Shown here: positions 37,001-44,904 of the stretch, in pieces
Layout of the letters: the number at the start of each line of letters is the position of its first letter
Numbering within the stretch: position 1 is the first letter of the stretch
Notes under the pieces: generated by a model
Databases searched by the model: none
Seen by the model: only the letters and a program-made list of their open reading frames with translations
What the model was told of the DNA's origin: nothing
Translations under genes and position numbers: made by a program
Assembly: GCA_001655205.1 (NCBI GenBank)
Contig: LPNZ01008668.1
Coordinates: forward strand, 1 to 44,904
Source: Lenisia limosa
Taxonomy: Eukaryota > Protista > Breviatea
Direction: 5' to 3'
Length of the DNA stretch: 44,904 bases

Positions 37001-38632
37001 GTTTGGATCCAACAAAGTAGCTGCATGGATGGATACGGAGATGTCCCCATACGCAACACCTTTACCGCAATACTCGCCCTTGTCAACACCGCCGCGACCC
37101 TCTGTGGAGGCATGTTGCCGAAGGGCTCGGAAGATATCCGTCACTCCGCCACCGCTTGAACTCGAATTCAATGAATTTGACAACATCTCTTTTGCTGTCA
37201 TTTGGTATGTTCTGGCTCTGTTTTCCCTGGTTTTCTAACGTAACAAGGAATGGAAAAACCTTGATCTTCCAAATGGAACCGACACTCTCACTTGAAGGCT
37301 TTGACCGCCTGATACAACAAAAGTTGGAGGTGGACAGCCCTCTTCTCAAGGAGTTCACTCATGACAACGTGAATGTCACTATCCAATCCGAGGAAGATCT
37401 TTTTGAATTGGTAAGTCTGCCGACGGAAGACACAGTAACTTTTTCAGACGCAACTCCCTGAATCCCTCAGAATTGTACACGTGACATCCATTTCCACTCT
37501 CCGGCATGCGACTCTGACCCCGATTGAAAGAGGCATTCGCCTTCCAGGCTACTGCGTCTTGCCTTGGGTAGACTGGCCTGTTTTACTTTCAGGAGGTTTG
37601 ATTTATCATAAATGGTCTCACGTTGCAGCCCCAATCCCAGCAATATCTGCTTCTGGAAAGGCAGTTTCCCTCGCTTTCAGAAAGAAAAGAGGCCATATAG
37701 ACCTTGAGGTAACTCCAGCTATTCTGTTGACTATTTCAGGTGTCAACTGAGCACATTAGTCAATACCCGCCGTCCTCTGTTCTACTTCCCCTTGGAAGGC
37801 TTGATATTGAAATTGGCTCTTTTGCTGTCTACCCTAGGGCTGATGCGGTGTTGTCTGTCGCCTCCGAGTCTTGCTCCAGGTTGGCAACTCTATGGTTTTC
37901 ATAGTGTAGATGTAAAGGGATTATGTGTTGCTGCGCTTGTCAATTGAAAAGGCCGCTTTCCTTTTTGGGAACAATTTCTCCAGCAATGTCTCCTGGAATT
38001 GAAGAGGCTGATGAGCCTGATTCCCAAGGCGCAACCCTCCCATTTGGCTTAGATCACTTGAGAAAAGCAGCGATTCAAGTAGCAAAGGTGCGTATTGAGG
38101 TGTTTCTCTCACCAGCAAAGGTTCTGTCAAGGCTACACAAGGCAGGCTATTCCCTCGGCAGTCTACATGGTGATAACGTGTGGATGGTTGATGGGACATG
38201 GAGTGTAGTGGCGCCTGGAGGAGTCTCCTTGGTGAGTCTGACCTGTGTATTCACATTCCAGTCCAAACAACTACTGACACAAGGCTTTACACCCCTTCTG
38301 AGTAATCCGAACTGCTCGCCTTTCACTGCCGATCTCAACTGCCTCGGTCTTCTACTTGTTTCAATCGGAGGTGAGCTGACTTGTTGTTACCTGACTTTTT
38401 AGCACCTTCCACTTTTGATGAACGCGCTCTTCTGGGCGGAAATCCACTCCAGATCAGCGGACTAGCCTCAACTCATTTACGGCAAATTGTTGCAGGCCTC
38501 CTTGGGTCGTCTCCCCCTTCAGCCGCTGGAACTCTTGTGGGCCAGATATTAATGTTATCTTGTACCTGTTAAAATGATCTGGGTCGCATTCTAACTATTC
38601 AGAGACACAAATGGTTCAAAGGTGCTATTTAA
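34019..38632 (+). CDS. LRR + ER/K-rich helical region + PB1-like domain + degenerate kinase-like domain, multi-exon
   Basis: LRRs LTVLNLRRNCVTSL, LTTLCLSHNHLESL and LNLNNNLITHLP. E/R/K-rich stretch at about 35840-36640. PB1-like segment GKTLIFQMEPTLSLEGFDRLIQQKL...VTIQSEEDLFEL. Kinase-like HLRKAAIQVAKVLSRLHKAGYSLGSLHGDNVWMVDG, ending HKWFKGAI*. Joined by in-frame GT-AG introns. Confidence 0.7.
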
Positions 38633-38791
38633 AGGGCAAATTTTTGACGGTAGTAGGTTGTATATTAGACTGTAACGTATTAATAGAATGTCGTTCAAGT
38701 TCACACAATTACACATTAACGAGATTTTAATAATACAGTTTTACAAAAACTAGCTACAGACCAATGAAATAGAAAGGCTTCTTGGAGCACC

Positions 38792-40164
38792 CTAGGTTAC
38801 CAACAGAGGCTCGTCTTCAGATGTTAGGTATGAGCCCATTTCCGAAGTTAAGGGACTATTGGGACATTCAGGCAGGTCGGGGAGCTGAGGGTCATTAGGC
38901 TTCGCCTCCAAGAGCAGAGTTACGTTATTGATATCCAGTTGATCATAGTCATCTTCTGCCTTTTCACTTTCTTCCTCTTTTTCCACCTTCATTTCCTCTA
39001 TTCCCACCTTCATTTCCTCTTCTTCCACCTTCATTTCCTCTTCTCCCTTTTCTCCTTCCTTCTCTTCATCTTCCTGGTGGTCTTCTTCTTTCATTTCTAC
39101 TTCCACCACTTCAATTTCGTCTTCACTCACCCCATTTTCTTCATGCTCATCAAATGCGAAATTTCCTTCGCTAGTTTGAGTTTCAGATCCATTGAGTCCT
39201 TTTTCATCAGCAATTTCAACTGCAAAAGTGAGAAAAAAAAAATGTAATAAGCTCATTGTTATGTGCGATACAGACCAGTTTGGTGGTCGACTTGACTTTG
39301 AAGCTCCTCATCTTCTGTGTTTTCATCTTCAAACTGCTCTGATAAGCTCATCTAAGAAATTAACTATTGACAAGGCTCTCACTCACCCTGCTGTCAGAAT
39401 TGACTGGTTCCCTTAATTTCTCAGTGATACTAACTGTATCTTCCTAAAACAATAACTCAGAACGAAACAAAAAAAGATACCTTCGGGGTAATAGCCTTGA
39501 CTTCCGACATGAGCTCGAGGTACCTAGTTGTGGTGTCCTCCAGTTCGGCTACCGCTTTGTTCCGTTGTATAAAAAGACTGTTAACTTTCTCTTGTGACTA
39601 CAAATAAAAAACAGAAAAGAGTATCAAACCTGAATATTATCTTTTTTGAGTAGATTTCCCGACTCAATTAGGTTATCAATCAGTATCTTGTTGTCAGCAG
39701 CCATTTTACTACTCTAAATAGAATAAAGGATAACAAAGCTGCCTACCTGTTGCCATTCCCTCTCTGCTTTTCCTTTCTGATTCAGTTAATGTGAAATAAA
39801 CTTAGCTGCTTCTTACTAGTTCGTTAATTTCATCAGCTTGTGCTTGAATTGTGGCTTTCAATTCAGAAATTTGTATTTTGAGTTCGGAATTTTCCGAAGA
39901 GAGCGAATTGATCTTAAAGATCAGTTTAATATGTCACCAACTCTTCGCAACAAAACTGGTTGAGCCTCATAATCAGTTCTGTCAGTTGATACAGAGGATG
40001 CGAGGGAAAGAGAAGATTTATTCACCTTTGACAACTTCTTCACTTCATTAGCACGATTAATCCTTGCCTAAAGAATTACAACAACAAATAGACAGACCTT
40101 TCTTCTCTGCCGCACTGCCCACTCAAGCTGAGTTCGCACTGAGTCGTCCAAAGTAACGTTTAGG
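38792..40164 (-). CDS. Coiled-coil + acidic C-terminal coding region (probably the 3' part of the upstream minus-strand gene)
   Basis: Exons INSLSSENSELKIQISELKATIQAQADEINEL, NKAVAELEDTTTRYLELMSEVK and a Glu-rich tail with EEMKV repeats. No own start codon found. Confidence 0.65.
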
Positions 40165-40672
40165 CTAAGAAGTTGTAATATAGACAATCATGAAAACTAA
40201 ATACACTCGATAAATAAATAGGGTTATTAAATTACCAGAAATATGTCAGTTATTTAAATTAGCTTTTGTAATATGTAAATGTCAAATATCTTTATATAGC
40301 AATTTTGGTCTGGCCTCGGAACTCAGATTACAGACCATTTTATTAATATGTCAGGACTGTTACTACATATGAAAAATGGATTATCTCGAAGGGTCATTTA
40401 AATGTCTTACCACTTAGTATTTTTTTTTTGCTAAATCGAAAAAGGACTGAACCACCTTAATAAAACATGAGAATAGTATTTGTTATTTGTGAAATATTAG
40501 TTTTTTTTTGTATGAAGTCACTGTAATTATTAAAATTCCTCTAATATCCTTTAAACCCCAAAAAGGTGGAAAAAAAGTGAAACCCCAAAATGGCGAAATT
40601 GGAACAGCCAAATCGAAAAAAAGGACTGAAGATTTGAGAATTCAATCGCCAATGTAACAATATTATCCCTCA

Positions 40673-43600
40673 CTACCATGAGGTGCCGCTGCGTGAAAAG
40701 AGGTCGACTTGGCCCCGAATGCTCAGCGGAACGGAGTAATCCACAGGCGAAGACGGCTGTGTGGTGCTATGACCTTCTTTTACCTCAATTCTGAGATCCA
40801 TTTGAGGCTTTAGCTGTTTGAGTGGCTCCTCTTTCAACGGGATCGGGACTAGTTTGGCCATTTCTTCATCTTGAACTTTGGCCATTTCTTCATCTTGAAC
40901 TTTGGGCACATGAAGTGATTGTTTGCTATTGACAGTCTTCTTGTGTTTTGTCCGACGACTTCTTTCAGAGAGAGGTGCTGCTGGATCGGCTTTTCGGTTC
41001 TGTTGACCGTTTTCAGGTTTTTCAATCTGGCGGGGGCTTTCATGAGATGAAACTTTGTTATGGGATGGGGGCAGGCCGGGAGGCGGGGTGAAACTGTGTT
41101 TTGAAGAGGACGACTTCATCATTGGAGGAGCAAAAAGCTCATCTCCCTGAAAGGTGAGGTCAAAAAATAAATGAGAAATGAGGAAAAGTTACATCTGGTT
41201 GTGTCAAAGATAGACAAACCTTGTGTTCAACCATTGGAATGTCATCAATGTCAATGGTGTCAGTTGGTTTACTCTTGGCTTTTATGACATTTTCATATAT
41301 TGGTGGAGGAATATTTCCAGTTTTAGGATCAATAGTATGGGTAGAAGTGAGTATTGGTTCGATCGAAGTGGGGGAGGATTGTGGTTGGGGTTGGGATGAC
41401 TGGGGTTGGGATGGCTGGGGCTCTCGTCTCGACCGGCTGCCTCTTGTCTTCCTTCGCTCACTGCCTCGGTGGCGACTGTGGTGCTTTTGCGGGGCATGGC
41501 GGGTCGGAGCAGCTTCTTTGTCTTCGCTTTCATCTGAAGGTACTGGATTTGTGCGAAGTGGTCTGGTCTCAGGTAAAGATGTGGTAGATGGCTCTTGGGC
41601 TGAGTTGGAAACGGGGTCTGTGCTGGCAACTTGCTTAGGAGGGAGCTTAAGCGGCATAGCTCGACGTATATCAGACTCACCTCTCAGTTCAGAAAGTCTC
41701 GAGTCACGGCTTCGTCTTAACCCATTGAAAATAACCTCCTTTTCGGCAGCAATAGTATAGTGATTTGCTCGCATGTACTGTTGATGCTTGTTAGCTCTGT
41801 GGAGAATGTAATCCGCTCGATCAACAGCGGTTTGCTTATCACAGTTCGCAAAATGCTCACTAAAGAACGTCAGAAAAAAGACAAAGAAAACCAAACGTTT
41901 TCAGCAAAGGTCGCAGACAATCATCAGTGACATTCCAGGCACACATGGCAATGACGTCAGCAAGAAGTACCTGTCATTAAAGGTATGAGAAGGACTTGCA
42001 TACCCCCATGAGATGAGAGACCGACATCCCAACATACAGTAATGAGGTTCATGTTGTGGTCATCAAGTCCAGATTGTGTCATGTCAAGGTCCAACATCGC
42101 CAAAAACTAGAAAGTGAGTGGTTTTTCGAAGTCCAACCGCGTAAACCGCTCGGAGTGCAACGTCGGCCATATTGGTTCCGAGGGTTTCAAGGTACTCAAC
42201 TCGAAGATAGTAGGCAATTTCGGCTTGAAGAATTGCCTACGAGATGAGCAAACAAAGCAAAGCCAACCTCTGGAGAAAGAACTGCAAAAGGTGCAAGCGT
42301 GTTTCCAAATGTCGATGGTGGAAGGGGCAGGTTCAAACCAAGAATCACAACGCTGTCCCTGGGAACAAATATCTTAAAACATTAAAACTATCAAGATGAA
42401 GAACAAACCTTCGAAGTGATAGAAGAGCATTCATTGAAAGCGCTCAATGTTGAAGGGGCAAGGGGAACGTTTGCCAGGGCGTACGTTGAGTTGAGGTGAG
42501 AAGGAGAGAGTTTATCAATAAGAAAGCCAGCATTGTCCGATGTCCACAGTTTCCAGCTTGCCAAAACAGCATCTTCAACTGCATCATATGGAAGGGGCTG
42601 CATACTGCGTAGAGCTGGAGGAATCTGCAAAGGTAACAACATCTAAACATTTCCATACTTCAATCATTTCCATTGACACAGTTTTCAGAGCTTTTTTAGC
42701 TGCTTTTGCGCATTTGACAGCAGCAAAAGAAACCGCCAGTTCAAAGTCTCCCTGTTTCCAGATCTACAGATCAAGCTTAGAACAAATCAAAACGAACCTT
42801 CACATTACCAGTCCCAAGCATTTTCACAATTTCTAGCGAATCACTACGAATGGCCCATGCCCGGAGAGATGCAATGTCATCACATGCAAATTCAATACTA
42901 TTCATAATGTTCGAGTTCTGAGATGATAATAATGCGGACACTTTGAATACCAACCATTTTCACTTGTTCAAGGAACTCTAATCTGCGATGTTCAACAGCA
43001 GTACTCATGGCATTGCGACCCTGAATGTCACTTCCTCAGAAGGGATTACCTTGTCATCGAGTGTGTAGAGAAGGCTTTGGATTGGGGCGATAGATCGAAG
43101 CATTGGAGTACTGTGGATTTGGAGCCATCGGATGATGAAGTCCTGTTTAGAGTTAGTTGCTGTCTTGAATGGGGTGAGCCTACGGGATGATTGTGACTAT
43201 GAATTGGAACATTCCGTCGTAATAGAATCTAAGATGTAAATTGAGAAGGTTTCGAACCTGAAGAGGCTTATGAAGTCCTCTTTCAACCAGAAGAGACACA
43301 ACACTGACTCCAACAGTATGGACATTTTCGGTGGTAAAAATGGAAATCTAATAAATAAGCATGATCGGTAACTCAGGCCAAACCCTTTCAATGTACTCTT
43401 CACAACGCTTTTGCTGATCAGGATCAGTATTGGTTCGATTAAGGAGAATTTTGAGTGGGGTGAATCCCTAAAATAATTATCAGGTATTGATTTCAATCGT
43501 ACCTCGGCATTTTCAGAGCAAACTACTGCATTTTCACGGAAAATTCTCTCCCAAATGCGCTTGGATAGATGCGGAGCCTTGGCGGCATAGTGACTTGCTG

Positions 43601-44712
43601 AGTTCTGCCATCGTAAACCATGCTATAGTATTTTGCACAAATACATGAAGACCAAACCAACCCCATCAAAGGACAATGCTTGGAGATCTGCTCCTTTATC
43701 AGCAAGCAGAAGAAATGATTTTGAGTCATGTTGAAGTGCAGAAATGTGAATTGCTGAAACACCCTAAACAGTTAAATAATTATTTAACAAAGCAAAATAC
43801 TCTATTTCATAAACCCAAACAAACGTTTGCAACAGTATTCAACTCCGCTCCAAAAACAACAACTGTTTTGACAGCGTTTAATCGCAATTGTTCGGAGTGA
43901 AACCGAGTCCAAAGAATGGAATGCAAGAGTGTGTCGCCCTGAGAAATCAATGGTGTGAACAGCAAACCATGCAGTCGATTGAATTGATTCGCTTTTGAAA
44001 TTTTATCATTTGGATGTATTGAAGTACATTTGTCGCGAACACTTCATCAGCCTAATTGGTCAGGTTTGAATTGAGTCATGAGTATGTATTGAAAGGAGAT
44101 GCCTACAAATGGAAGAAGAGTGTCAACACCGCAGCTTTCTCTGATTCTTGCCTTGTCTTCCCATAAACGAAGAGTGTCCTCTGCAAGTCAGATATTGAAG
44201 GCAAGACCCACCAAAAGAAAGTTGTGATGGTTCCCTTGGTTGACCGCTCCACCTCAATGGGTCACTAAAACTTTTCATGTAATGCTCTTCTATAAGAGCA
44301 GTATTCTTAATTGGTGGAGGCGCTGGCGAAGGTGGAGAAACCAAAATTGGAGTGCCGAGGTTGGGTTGCGAGGCACTTCTTATGGGTGTGCTGAAAGGAG
44401 AGGGCTGTGGGCTCTGAAGGGTGACATTGCGATTCAAAAAAATTGTTAAACTATCAAGCCTATACTTCGACGCATCCAAAATGCAGGATTTTTCACATCA
44501 ATCCTTGGTGAAGGAGTGAAGACATTCTTTAATAGAAGGGACATGATTGCAGAAATTGCACTTTGATTTGTTTAGTGACGAATTCAAGGCATTTGATCAA
44601 TATATCCGTTATTTTATGGTTTCAAAGGAAGAATTATTAGCAGCAAACTAATTTTAACCCTGTATCAAACATTCATGTTTAAATGCCGCGGCCTTGGGCG
44701 AGGAGTTGACAT
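40673..44712 (-). CDS. Large hypothetical multi-exon protein with Pro/Ser-rich regions (start approximate)
   Basis: Open exons 40673-41122 and 41160-41894, then a chain of short exons up to a candidate ATG at 44712 (MSTPRPRPRH). Faint ankyrin-like fragments (GRNAMSTAVEHRRLEFL, AIRSDSLEIVKML). No confident family. Confidence 0.55.
40844..40895 (-). repeat. Coding 24-bp tandem repeat (KVQDEEMA x2)
   Basis: TTGGCCATTTCTTCATCTTGAACT is repeated head-to-tail on the + strand. Confidence 0.85.
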
Positions 44713-44776
44713 GGCAACAGTTTAACTGAAATGGTTATAAAATAGTCAAGTACTTACTGTTACTTATTCATCAAAA

Positions 44777-44904
44777 CAGTTCAGCGGCTCCCCTTTAACT
44801 CATACAAAATTGCTGTTGATGCAGAGGAGACTGCTTCAAGAGCCCTGGAGACTACTGAGACCAAACTGAGGAGGAGACAACAACAAGGCAAGGAGACTAA
44901 GGTG
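44777..44904 (+). CDS. Probable exon of a + strand gene running off the window end
   Basis: Open frame QRLPFNSYKIAVDAEETASRALETTETKLRRRQQQGKETKV after an AG acceptor. The start could not be joined cleanly. Confidence 0.35.

Noticed and set aside
38939-39247. Hydrophobic Phe/Leu/His-rich + strand ORF resembling a membrane protein
   Set aside because: Reverse complement of the Glu/Lys-rich acidic tail.
41221-41760. 179-aa + strand ORF
   Set aside because: Antisense shadow of the Pro/Ser/Gln-rich minus-strand exon, with no independent coding features.
44710-44713. Overlapping divergent start codons in CATG
   Set aside because: The + strand ATG could not be joined in frame to the downstream exon through a GT donor, and neither start is verified.
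1-44904. Alternative genetic code or stop readthrough, suggested by the fragmented ORFs
   Set aside because: In eIF5B, Rab32 and the other conserved segments I traced, the stops fall inside short GT-AG introns, and conserved motifs translate with the standard code.
1-44904. tRNA, rRNA, telomeric repeats, transposase or viral genes
   Set aside because: No recognisable T-loop/D-loop consensus, rRNA sequence, telomeric array or transposase, reverse-transcriptase or capsid motifs seen by eye. A tRNAscan-SE or Infernal run would be definitive.

Overview
Compact, intron-dense eukaryotic nuclear DNA. Many GT-AG introns are only about 28-60 nt, the code is standard, and there are two N-gaps, so the unspliced ORF track is mostly exon fragments and antisense shadows. 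Manual splicing gives about 13-14 genes: eIF5B (5'-partial), CCDC43-like, an RCC1-repeat protein, CEP290, a Zn(II)2Cys6 transcription factor, a signal-peptide RCC1/BLIP-II-like propeller, a Rab32/38-type GTPase, two hypotheticals (one weakly Med17-like), SRP14, INTS6, an LRR + ER/K helix + PB1-like + pseudokinase protein, and a large minus-strand hypothetical (one or two genes). CEP290, INTS6, Rab32 and a Zn cluster together point to a protist, perhaps a flagellate-capable amoebozoan (inference). Non-coding signals include a 328-bp TA-flanked MITE-like element, TATGATA/TATCATA hairpins in several longer introns, an AACACTGCA motif shared by three divergent promoters, a diverged 173-bp tandem duplication, and one U12-like donor. 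I saw no CRISPR array, rRNA, tRNA or transposase, and nothing I can call a clearly new biological system. Exon boundaries were traced by eye; ends marked approximate need RNA-seq.
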